A model generated the notes under the pieces. It was not told where the DNA came from. It saw only the letters and a list, made by a program, of their open reading frames with translations, and ran no database searches. From Seison nebaliae (Eukaryota), in assembly GCA_023231475.1 (NCBI GenBank), contig JALJEE010001021.1:62001-85880 (forward strand): 23,880 bases of DNA, read 5' to 3'. The position numbers and the translations under genes were made by a program. Shown here piece after piece: positions 1 to 11,900 of the stretch. Each line of letters starts with the position of its first letter. Position 1 is the stretch's first letter.

Positions 1-1856
1 TTGCTGATTTGATTTGGAATACGACGGAGATCCTCCATGTCTTCAGCATTAGAGCACCATAATAACCGATGAAACCGAGATCTCTTAACAGATAGATGAA
101 AGTGCAAGTTATGGTGGTTGGATTTAATGCATAAAGAACGATCTACATAATTGCCAGTGGGAAAAAGGAATTGATGAAAGAAATCGAACTTGAGTGTATG
201 TCAATAATGAACTACATAAGATGATTTGCATCAATAATGGAGACGAACTTTTGATGATCTGATAAATGAAGGAAATGAAAGAAATGAATTTAAAGAAATG
301 AATGAAAACTCTTTCGCCAGAATATTTAATTAACATGAGGAGGAAGGAGAAAAAGAGGAGGATAGATATAAATCCAGTTGTTGACATACAAATATTACGG
401 AATACTTTGTTGGCTAATAAGAGACATGTTGTATTATCAGTACAAGTAACACATCCATCTGCACATTTCAAACATTTCAATTCATCGTAATTGTATTGAG
501 AATGAATACGATTCATCTTGTTCTCATATAATTGTTCAACCGCTTCACCATTATAACTCCATATTGTCTCATTATGCACAAGATTTTTATCAGATAAACT
601 CGAATTTCGATAAATTAATGGGAAATAGTAGCCGTCTTCACATATACAGGAATATGAACCACGACGAAAACCCAAACCAGATTTGTATTGACAACTCGAT
701 TTTTTAATACATTTGTTGGTATTCCTAAAAACTTTATCTTCTCCATCACATTGATTGATGTCAACTTTCCTCAAATCGATATCGATTCCACTCGTACCTC
801 TAGTGAAAGAAGGAGTTTTAAAGAAAGTTAATAAAAATTAAGAAACTTGAAATGATATCGATTATTTGTATAACCGAAAAATGGAATAGTATATGTCATC
901 ATCCAAATGAATCCGCCACCACAATCAAAATATGGTTTCGACCAATGCCCATCATCATAAGAGACTTCTAAGGAAGATTTCTTTTGAAATGATTTATTTC
1001 GATAATATGATATTGATTGTACATCATGAATCTTTTCCTGGTAATAATCCTTTAATTTGCCAACGGCTTTATTACGTGCATTGGAGAACCAATCGTTGTC
1101 CTCTTCCATATAATTATATTGAGCAGACAAATCTTTTGTTACGATTAAAGTAGAATTATGTCGATAAGCATAAGGACAAAATAATTTCTCATTTCCCGTT
1201 TTACTAGAAATAGGGATAGATAAATTAAATTCATTCTCATCATAACAATTTCCAGCTGCATAAATATTTTCATTCGCATCCACCATTCGTCGTACCATCA
1301 AATAAAAGAGATCAATCCTTTCCATCAATGTCAATTTGAATGGATATCGATTTTTCCAGAAATCGGTGAGAACATTCGCTCGTGTTACAGCCACTTGGGC
1401 TTCACGACGGAAACGTTGAACACCATAATGTGTCTCAAATTCATCACCCAACATCTCATCGGTACCGAGTTTACAATTGTGTTTGTTATCTTCGATTCGT
1501 TTGAGAAGATTGAGAAATTTGCCAATCTTATCGATATATTGTATTGGACCTTCGCGTTCATGAGGTTGTTGAGTTGTATATCGTCGTTTGTGATTGAGAG
1601 TTTTATCTGATAATATTGTGCGGAGTGCATTGAGGACAATAAAAGTGGTTGATGGTTTCATGAGAGAATCATACTGATTCGTATCAACATGACCATGTTG
1701 TTTATGACGACGAATTTCATTCAGGTAGGTAGAATTGGTGTTAAAGAATATGGCGACACGGTCTTCATACGTCAACGATAATTTGACAAAAAGAAGAATT
1801 ATGAATAGGAATATCAGTTGGCAATTAATGAATTCTTTAATAGGCAATCCTGTCAT
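1..1856 (-). CDS. GPR158: Class C GPCR, GPR158/GPR179/CG31760 family (signal peptide, Cache-type ectodomain, Cys-rich EGF-like linker, TM1-TM3); 3' end outside window. Exons 1856-847, 799-310, 258-190, 142-<1
   Basis: Removing three GT-AG introns joins ORFs 828..1856 and 124..774 into one frame. It contains WSKPYFDCGGGFIWMMTYTIPFFG, FKGTSGIDIDLRKVDINQC, GLGFRRGSYSCICEDGYYFP, CLKCADGCVTC, IIKSSSPLL and YGALMLKTWRISVVF, all characteristic of this family. Hydrophobic N-terminal signal segment. Symbol is family-level, not proven orthology. Confidence 0.92.
143..189 (-). other. Intron 3 of GPCR gene (47 nt, phase 0)
   Basis: CAA|gttcga...aattatgtag|ATC; removal shifts into the frame IVLYALNPTTITC...YGALMLKTWRIS. 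Confidence 0.9.
259..309 (-). other. Intron 2 of GPCR gene (51 nt, phase 0, stop-free)
   Basis: AGA|gttttc...catttatcag|ATC; pyrimidine-rich; removal gives YSGER-IIKSSSP, the expected short loop after TM1. Confidence 0.85.
800..846 (-). other. Intron 1 of GPCR gene (47 nt, phase 2)
   Basis: AA|gtttct...ctttcactag|A; removal creates the conserved FKGTSGIDID and bypasses the stop at 828-830. Confidence 0.92.
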
Positions 1857-2499
1857 TAAGGAACATGAATTTGATATTTTGAATTCAACAGGATGAATCG
1901 ATTTAATTGGAACATATCTTCATTCTTCCGCAAAAAACGAAAAAAAAAACAGTTAATTACATTCAAACATTCTATTGAGATATAGGAAAAGGAAAATGAT
2001 GTTGAAGTGAATTCAGGTAATTGATTCAAAGTGGTAAAAAATATTAGAAAATTTTCATTTCGTCCCTTATTCCATCATTATGATCATTTTACTTATTCTT
2101 TATGGAAAGATGAATAATTGTTCTACAGGTATGTCCCATGGATAGAAGTGGAAGACAAAGTGTTCGTTAAACACAAATTCGTACGTTTCATCCCAAATAA
2201 TTAACAAGAACGAGAAGCGGCACGGAAATATTAAGACTATATCATTATCGTTTACTGCCATTCTTGGTCATGTTTTATTGACGCAAATTTCCTATCAATT
2301 TTGGCGTAAATAAATTGCGGAAATAAAAATTTCAGAAACAAATTCCTCATCTCCAAATTACTTCTCAAACGGCATCAAACACAAATAAATGATGGAGAAA
2401 ATTTTTTTTAAATTTTTTTTGTTTTTTCCTTTTTTCGATTGAAAGTTTAGGAAGTAGGATGAGGGGAATATGGTGGAAGGGACTACAAGCCCCAAGTCA

Positions 2500-3400
2500 A
2501 AAAAAGGCATGAAACGTACTCGTCAAGAAACAAAAATTATTATGAGAAAATTTTCTCGAACAAACGAGAAAGAATTTATTAATTAAACTTTCCTTCCACC
2601 GAAATGAGAAAAGAAGTAGAGGAATATTCCATCGGTTATCTGATACGATGTTCCTCATGTAGAATGACGATTCTACTACTTAAACTCCATCATTGACACG
2701 TTATTTCCAATCAATGCATTTCATTATTATTGCCTTTTTCAGAGCCTGATGTCTCTCCAATTTGTTCGAAGAAGGCTACTATAATAGAATTGTAATTGGT
2801 TAGGAGACGAGCACACGGACAACTCATCGACCTTACCAGTAAATAAAAGAAAAATGCACAATAGTCTCTGTAGTTATCGTCGACGAATATAGAAGAACAA
2901 TATGAATACATTTGCATAGTTACATTATCCATTCTCTTCATATTAAAAGTTTATATGCAACCATCGAATTACGTAAGAAGAAAAATTAGAATTTTATCAA
3001 ATACATTTACGTTAAATGGAGGAACCTAATTCTATTCTATTTATAACGACAAATGAAAATGGAGATTCTAGTAGCTAATTAAAATGAACAGACACGAACA
3101 ATTTCTTTCTTGTCGAACTGAAATATACCTTATCAACCATACATACGGTAGCCATTCAACACTGACAGGTTCCTCTTCTTGGAACTACTAAGAAAGAAAG
3201 GAACATAGAAGAAAAAAACTCCAAAATTACTTCCGCTCTAATTGTTTCTTAACCTTGCCTTCTTCTTACTGTCATCAATTGAATGATCATATTAAATTAA
3301 TGCAAACTCTTCTAACTAGAAATTTATCTAATATCAAAATTTTTTATCTGTTGCCAACTTCCTACGAAAAATTAACTGACTCAAATGCTCAACTGCTCGA
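2500..3400 (+). mobile_element. Degenerate retroelement-type (Ty3/gypsy-like) integrase relic
   Basis: Collinear motif fragments across frameshifts: GMKRT (2506), MRKEVEEY...YLIRCSSC (2604-2660, H2C2-like), W....HTDNSSTLP (2797-2838), VVIVDEYRR (2870-2896), G-EPNSI..ND (~3015-3050), PYQP-TYG (3128-3148), PTSYEKL (~3355-3375). Confidence 0.7.
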
Positions 3401-4169
3401 AAGTCGTGATCATATTCTTACGTAATCTTTCTTAATTGGATATCAATTAACTTCATAAATTCGACAAGCAAATGATATGTTCTCAAAAAGTCTGATCCGA
3501 ATTATTTCGCTTCTTCTCAGACACCTCCCATTCACAACCGATCAATTCATGCAAATTGTTTATCTTATACATAACTTATCCAAAAACGAACACTAATGTA
3601 ATTTGTGGAATATGTATCTCTTCTTCCTTCATACAAATTATCGGTAAACTAACAATCCAATTCTTGAGCATCATGAACAAAATGATTTGTTTACTTTTTC
3701 TTTGAGCTCAAATGATAATGTTCCGATGTCTTATCGTTCCACTCCTTTAATTACTTCCAATTATGCTTCTAATTCTAAGTATGCATTTGAATAAGTATTT
3801 CAAGACTTTTAGAACCGCCACAAAAATAATTAAATTATCCTTCATCATATCAATGGAATAAATAAGAAGACCTGATTTCAAGGAGTCGTCTATATGTAAA
3901 GAATCAGAAAATTAGTATTCCTTCTATTCGTTCATAGGTACTTAAATTTCTTTCAGTTTACCTCACCCAAATTTCATTATACGAAAATAACTTATGAAAG
4001 AACTTGTTCATTAGAAATCACTAAGGTAGAATCAATTAATAAATTATTAGTTTAACTCGTATGAAGATGTCTGCACGAAATCGGAAACATGTTTGAAATT
4101 TGAGTAAAATAAAAAAACCAATAAAACTTTCCCACGATCGAAAAGCAATAATAAGAGATAGTAATTATT

Positions 4170-6140
4170 CAAAAAATATCATCGTCCTCCTCCCAAACAC
4201 AAAGAAACGATAGATAAATTCATTGGAATTCTTCCCAAGAATTTTTTCTTGCAATTTCTTCACCCTCACAAAATTAAATATTATAAATTTTTTCAAACAT
4301 AAATTTGACAGTCGCAATGCCAATCAATAATTGTTGTGATTATTAATTAGCAGATTAATCGTTCTCTCTATTAGCATTCTTTCTAATTTTCTATCCAGAA
4401 TTTCCTTCTCCCCCTAAAACTTTTCCACAAATTCTTTTGTATTAAACGAAACGATTGAACGAGAAAAAATATGGAAAAATTTTATGATTAAGAGAATTAT
4501 ACGGAAGTTATGGAATCTAATGAAATAAATTGCTGATTCAACATTCTTCTTATATCAACACCACTAACTCTAATATTGCGTTAAAATAGCAAAAAATGAA
4601 ACATCATTTCAGACAGATTAACAACATAAATTTTTCAAACGAAGTTCTCTCCCAAAAAATGGATGATGTATTTACAAATCTTGGAGTTTATCATCGTTTA
4701 TTTACCGGATTATAGGTTAAAAATTTATGGGCTTTATAAAATTTATTCATTTAGGTCTAGATTTGGAATGAATAATTAAATTTTCTTCTTCTATATCATC
4801 TTCAACGAATATACTGCGAGTGTATTGGGTATTAGGTAAGTGGAAGAAGAACAATTAGAAAACAAATATTGATATAGGAAAGAATAAGGGAAGTGTAATA
4901 AATTTTGCATAGGCTCAACAACGGTATAAGGTCACTAACTTTTCTCGACATTTTCCTCGTTTCTAAAACTCTTAGAAATGGATTTTCCGCTTCTACTTTT
5001 TGGGCACTTCATCTCCTTTAATGGACACTTCATATCGTTCAGTTTTATATATATTTCTCAATGGACATTTCACCCCCACATACAATTATGGGAGGAAAAG
5101 TTTATTTTGAAACAAAATTTTTGAAACGAAATTTTAAGAAAGATAATAATTTCAGAAAATAGATGAATTTGAGAAAGAAGATGTGTAAATATAAGTAAAA
5201 GATGAGGAATCAACCGAAATTTGAGTAAAAAGAGAAAAAGTAAAAGATAGTGATAAGGAGAGAAAAGTGTCAAGGAGAACAACTATCCCGGATTCCTCAA
5301 CATCAATATATCACTATTATTTCTCTATATTATATCATTAATAATTTTATTTTATTTCTCTAATCTCTTAAGAGAATTACGTTGGTTAGTGCATAAAATT
5401 CCGCTAATTGGAGACACAATTGAAGTTGCGATTATCGTTCTCCTCACTGACATATTTGTCGATTGGGATAAGTATGGAAGTTTTTCTCCTAAATTATTTT
5501 CTAATTTTCTTTTAAAATTTTAGAAATTCTCTAAATTTTATGATGATTACAGATTATTCATCATATACAGAGATTGCTCATAAAAGGAAGAAGTGAAAAG
5601 GAAAATTTGTGAAGGAAGTTCAACGAATAAACTGTCAAACTTATTTATTTTGTTATGATTTCATTCCTTTTTTGTTGGAGAAAAAGATTAAAAATTTTGA
5701 TTGATTAATAAAATCTTCATTGGCAATTTGATATAGACGGAAATAAGATTTTCTCTTCTAATATAAATTATTATAAAAGAAATACTCATTGGAGGAATTA
5801 ATGAAATTATTATAAACGAAATTATAATTGAATTAATAAATTAATCTAATTTATTTCTAGATTTGATTGGGATATTGAGATGCAGATCAATTTAACGGAT
5901 GGTGGACGATAAAAAAAATTCTTTTAAAATTCTCCCAATAGAGAATTGGAAAATCTTAATTAAAATATTCAGTAGAATCTGATATTGTTATAAATCTGTT
6001 ACACGATAAATTGTTAAATGTCTGTTTTCTTTTGAAAAATTATTCCGTTCCTAGTCAAATTTCCATTAATATTATTCCAATCCTATTTATGAGTTTTTCC
6101 CGTTAATGCCTAAACGACTGTTAAGTGGAGAACATATATC
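4170..6140 (+). mobile_element. Degenerate Ty3/gypsy-like pol relic (reverse transcriptase + RNase H)
   Basis: KYHRPPPKHKETIDKFI (4174-4224, RT N-terminus); HFRQINNI...KMDDVFTNLG...FTGL*VKNLW (4605-4730, cf. DYRxLN...PRIDDLLDxLG...FSxLDL..YWQ); RELRWLVHKI..IG (5371-5412, cf. VxFLGHxIS); FDWD.....LTDG (5862-5906); KNYSVP (6035-6052); PKRL-KWRTYI (6109-6140). Many stops and frameshifts; YxDD not recognisable; no LTRs found. Confidence 0.72.
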
Positions 6141-6469
6141 ATTTAACGGAATTGCATAATATTATTAATCAACACAATCTTTTTTTCTTTATATTAAACA
6201 TTATACTCCAACATATTCGGAAGGTGTTACATGATATTTATTGCGATAGAAAAATTCATCATAAATCTCCAAGAACATTGCTGCAACTAACTCTAATTTC
6301 CTATTTGCTCCAAAACTTCGTTTTCAAGTTGGAGAACTTGGAATAATATGAGATACTTAAAAATTATGCCATTTTATTGACGGAAGATATGGAAAATTTA
6401 CGAAAGAAATATATTAGTCACTAACATAAATAAATATAAACTTCAGACATAATTTCAGAGTTCAAAAAA

Positions 6470-6820
6470 TTAGTTGAAGAAAAGCACAAGAAGGAATTAG
6501 ATGACTTATGAAAAGTCCCAATTGGTTAATTTGTGAATGAATAATCGATTTAGTGAAATAAATGAATTTATCCAACGGAGTTTCATGCCACTAAACAATT
6601 AATCTCGTATGGAAATCCAACGATATCTTCAACATATCAAAAAAGGGAAAAGATGTAGGAAAATTATAAAAAAAATTAAGTTTCATTTTAATGATAGATT
6701 TTCATCAAACGTTATGCATGCTTGAACAAAGTTGATGTTGAGAATTAAAATAAACGTGAGTTGCCATTTCTTAATGTAATTATATCTGATGCTCCCACAT
6801 TAATCAGAATGCACATGTGC
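6470..6820 (+). mobile_element. Possible second, more decayed integrase N-terminal relic downstream of RNase H
   Basis: LVEEKH..(E)GI (6470-6500), EINEFIQ-GVSCH (6555-6590) and LP...IISDAPTLIRMHM (6761-6817) weakly resemble the H2C2 and 'P.PW.RIH.D' motifs, in the right order. Confidence 0.35.
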
Positions 6821-7619
6821 ATAAAGTGAAAATTTATTTCTATAATAAATGTTTACAAAGAAATCGTAGGAATTTTACAAGAAACCTTCACAAAAGAATT
6901 ACAATGAAGTTCTGAAGAAATTCCCTAAAACGAACAATTACCGCAAAAATGTAATTCTATAATGTATATGGAACATATAATCGTACTATAATTTGTTTTG
7001 AAGAAAAATATAACTTATGTTTTATTATGTAAGTATTTGTTACTGAATCCCGGAACGGTATTCACCTTATGGAGGAGTATATGTATATTTCACCCTGTTT
7101 TTCAGTTTCGGGGCTGTATTTGCTCAAATATCGGAGTGGAATTCACTCGACTGTTCACCTTTTTCGGAATTTTTCTTTTTCGAAGTCTCATTCCCTTGTT
7201 AGTAAATTTTCTATAAATATGTGTCCATGATTAACATTAAGTACCTATTTTATTGCTATCAGTGTATCATGAATTTTTTACCTCCTCCTATTAAAGTAGA
7301 AACTGTCGACGGTGTCGACCTTTTGAATTCGTTGAAATTTTTCGAAAATGGGAAGAAAAATAAAGTGCTCAAATTCCACAAAATTTGAAAACATGTAACG
7401 ATCGTTTGAGGTTGAAAGTTAGTTTGCATGGAAAGTTGATATTAATAAGAAATAAACGTGAAAGTAACTAAAAATCAACAAATATCAATTTATTATTATC
7501 AATTAAATCAACTCTATCTATATTTATATCTGTTTAATAATATAAAAATATATATAGAGATTTGGTTTCTAACAAACATTGTAAATTAAAAAATGATTCT
7601 CTTTTCCTGTAACAATTTA

Positions 7620-8910
7620 TCAACCGCGGAAAAATAATATGAATAAATGTTGAATATACGTTTATGTGTAGAGTTGATATTCCGGTTGTAGTAACATTTA
7701 ATCAACGTTACGATCAACGCACATGTTTCTATACATTTTTTACATACCAGTAACGTTACGTCTAAAAATTTGGTACAGTAGAATAATAACTTGAATATTT
7801 CCGTTTGTTTCAGTAGTTGTAAAAAAAAATTTAAAGCCAAAATTTAATGAACAATTTTAATGGTAAATTGTTTTCCAAAATTTTATTCCGTCAACTGTTT
7901 TTCAATTTTTTCGACTAATGTTCAGACTAAGAATTCCCAAAATGATTAACAACGGTCAGAAATATTGAATTATAGATATTAAATTGAATTGATTAAAATT
8001 AGTATATCTTTTTTTTTTAGCAAGAAACAAGTAGCAAGATTTATTATAAAAAATTAGAGTCTTTCAGTTACGTAGTGAAATTGATTTATAAAGATTCGCT
8101 ACTTGTAATAACCAGCAAAAAAAGATAATTAAACTTTAAACTTTAAATTTTTGTTTTCTCGTTTTGATCTGAATTTCCATTTTGCTCTAAATGACGTTAT
8201 GCGAAATGATCAAAATAGAAAGGATCCAACGAAGCAACATTATCAAATGTTGCTTTAACTTTCAAATAATGTTTAATTTATCTTATAATAATGATATAGA
8301 TTTTCATAAATATTATTCATTATCTAATATGTGAATTGAAGGAAAGCAATATACTACTTCACTTATTCATCAATTTCACAGGTAATTGTTTCGAAAATGA
8401 TATTAACAAACTGTTGTAAGCCATACAAAGACCCTAATGATATACGAACTGAACTAACGATTTCTCCAAAAATCTTCCTCATATTACTGTTGTTCATTAT
8501 CAAAATTCCGAGTAAAATTCCCAATCGGATGAATTTGGAAAAGTCAAAAAAATTGTGTTCTCTTACCGATTTCAACTGTGCGACAGATTCTTGATCAATT
8601 GGCAGAGATGCTGTTAGGAGCTCATGAAAACATTAAATGTCTCAAATCACGAAGAAGTATATCAAAAAGTTCGATAGAATTTATTACGAATTGCAGAGAA
8701 CTAATCATGTCAGAACTCGAGAAAATCATGCCAGGATCACATTTCTTCTGCATTTAACTTTTCTTCAGTGGACGCCATTTCAAAATTAATTGAAGAAGGC
8801 ATTGCGGTTGTTGCTGTGAACAATACAATCAACCGAATTACAAGATAGATTGTCCAGTAATTTTAAATCATCGAAAACGTTGAGAGAATCGAAAGGCTTT
8901 AAAAGTGTCG
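7620..8910 (-). mobile_element. Probable degenerate hAT-superfamily DNA transposase relic
   Basis: Minus-strand fragments in hAT order: STLLK(P/A)F...VDCIVHSNN (CxxH at 8827-8816), SDWEFY (8529-8512), then dimerisation-domain-like LDV..YW (~7765-7745) and LIKCY-TGISTLH-KRIFN (~7705-7649, cf. LARKYLSIPATSASSERVFS). Frameshifted; no TIRs or target-site duplication found. Confidence 0.42.
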
Positions 8911-11900
8911 AAAAAAAGAATAACATAAATGACGATCCCTTGCATTAAATACGTCGGATGGCGATTAACAATAGAAAAATCAATATATAGAGGTGAAACG
9001 TCGTTCGAAAGTGAGTTGAATTAAAATTATCGACAAATTTCAAACGGACTAAATTGAGATTTTTGTGTAAAAATTCAATAACTTGTCATCCAGATTCGGT
9101 TAATTCGGAATAAGAATGATTTTGAACAATAAAGAATAGAAGGAAACAAACATTATAAGAAAGTGAAAATGATGAAATTCAGCAAACTAGAAACAATCAA
9201 CGGTGACAGATCTTGAAGTATGACTTGTATACTTTTTTCATATGTATTTGTATTGTATGTTTTTATTGAATTATAATTGCATATAGTTTAGTAAACGTGT
9301 TATGAAAATGTATTTGTTAGAAACGGTCGAATTGTCTGATAGAAGATCTGTATAAATATGAACTGCAGCGAAATATTCAAGAAAAATAAGATAAGTCGTG
9401 GAATTGGAACAAAAACATTTTGGATAGATATTTATTTCAAATGATCTCTAACACATTTTCTAACCATTCTTTCAAAAATTTTACGAGATTCTAGAAGTGC
9501 AATAATAATGAAAACACTTCGTTGCATCACGTTATAGATGGAGGAAAAATAATAAATATAATTGACGAAAATTTCGATAACACTTGTGCAAATTAAAGAG
9601 AAGTATCCAGAAGAGTTAAATAATCGCGAAATAGATCACAGTAAAAAGAGTGAATTATTATGAAAGATATATTGGTAATGTTTAGAGATAAATGACAGTA
9701 AGAGATGTTCAGGTGACAATTGAAACCCGAAAAGGAAGTAAAACTCGTTAGCACTTTGAAGAAATTCAGACTAGATTTGCATTCAATGATTAACATATGA
9801 CTGATTGGGATTTAGAATCTCATTTCTCAGATGTTGCATGTTGAACAAGAACTGTAAAGAAATAAGGAAAAATTTCAAATTTATCACTTGTTACCTTTTG
9901 ACCCGCTCATGGAGAAATCATCCGAATAAATTCCAATAATTATTAATAAGTTAAAGGTATAGTATATCTTAAATTATTTTGAATTTGAATTGATTATCAA
10001 GTGGACTATTAAATTAGGAAATCACAAACCATCACCTTCTGCTAAATCAATGGAATAATTTTATTTTCTTGAACCGCAACAGGAGTGATGGGAAAACATC
10101 CGTTTTTGATAATGGACAGAGATTCAATTTTCATCATGGTGGAAAAGAGTGGTAATTTGAAATGACTGATCTGCCAATGAGTCTTATGGGAACCAATAGG
10201 AAAAACAATCGATGGGAATGAAATATTGGTTTAACTTAACTAAATTGAAATGGAAGAAAAAGTGAAAATTCTGATATGATCGTTTCGATAACTGATCGGT
10301 CGCCTTTAGAGTTAAGACGATGAATCCATCGATAAAATAAGATCAATGATTTTCCGATTTATTAAACTGATGAAGGTTAACATCGTTCCATTTCGCACAA
10401 ATGAATATCAGAAATGATTTCAATGTTCTTTTCGTTCGTTGATATAATATAGTAGAAGAATTGTAGTCAAATAAACCACAATGACTTGAGAAGATCAATA
10501 GATTGAAAGAAATGGATATTGGATGAATCAAAAATCGACATCGCATGTTGTTTTTTGTTTCATTGACTCGAATGAAATAAAAAAGAGAATTAATTGAATA
10601 TAATTGTGGAGAGAGGTAATAAGAGAAAGTGGATGAATAATCGAAAGATACTGGAGTAGTAAAGAGAAGAATAATGATAACGATGATGATCATAATGATG
10701 ATATAATAACAGATAGTTGGAGAAGTTGAGGGGGAAGAAGCATGAAATTTCCATTTCTATTAAAGAATTGTTTATTTGAGAGATTCATGAGAGAAAATTT
10801 TCATGTTCGAACTCGAACCATTTCATATCATTCCTACTTATCCAATTCATCATTTCTTTCGGTTCTTTTCGTCTTTTAAATGAACTCATTGATCTCACGA
10901 TTATCTCTCAATCGTTTCATTTTTTTTTAAATTTTCAAAAATTTGTGAAGAAGCGACAAGTAAAATATCTTCTTTGGTATCTTTCAATCCACAACTGATT
11001 AGCATTCCCGCTAAGATTAAGGACAAATTTCTTCCATAAAACTTTCAAATGAGACGTCAGATGATCATAATAATTGTTGTAGAATCAGTGATGATGGAAA
11101 GGAAATAATGAGAAATGGTTGTTTGCTTTAGCTTTTGTGGATGTAAAATGAGCGAACGACAGAGAGAACGAAAATAGTTACTCTAATAAAAAAATGAAAA
11201 TTGGAAAATAACCATCATTATAATCATCATCGTCATGATGATAAGGATGATAATTTATAATTTTAGAAAAAAATAAATAAAATTATAAGAAAGAGTTAAA
11301 AGTCGATATAAGTGTTGTGTTGGATGAAGTCGATAAGAACACAGAGAGCATGATGAACAGAGACTATAGCACGTTCTTCGATCATCTTTAGTATGAATTG
11401 ATGATATGCTTTACAGTCTTTCTCTTTTATCATCATCGTAATCAACAACAAAACACTAATATTCATAATAAATTTTCATCAACAACAATATTCATTTATT
11501 TATTCATTTCCTAACTGTTTCACGATCAGTTAGTTTCTTCTTCTTCCTTCCTCTCATTCCCCGCTCATTCGGCTGATTAATTAATTCAGAGAGAATTATC
11601 TAGATTCCACTCATCAACATATCTCTCTCATTGTCTTTATGAGATGAAATTTATAAAAATTTGTTTCATTTCGTTAAACTAATCTTTATCATGATGATGG
11701 TGGCGGTGATGGTGATGGTAGTGATGACATCATTCGATGAATTTAATTCAACATTTTCTCTTTCATTTCTTCGATTCTACTTTTATGGTAATTGGTTGGA
11801 GATGTCTCTGAGACCAATTCTCATTATGAGACTCTCATACGAGAAGGAGGACCAGGTCTCCAAATAGAGAAGTGTTGTCACATGGAAGAATACCATGGAT

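Noticed and set aside
124..774. ORF-track 216-aa protein as an independent gene
   Set aside because: It is exons 2-3 of the GPCR read through introns; its start and C-terminus are artefacts.
3160..3615. Possible retroviral protease motifs (LTGSS; VICGI)
   Set aside because: No catalytic Asp, spacing too long, and the first lies within the integrase relic.
10343..10693. 116-aa minus ORF with hydrophobic N-terminus
   Set aside because: Hydrophobic start derives from ATC/ATT repeats; no domain or splice support.
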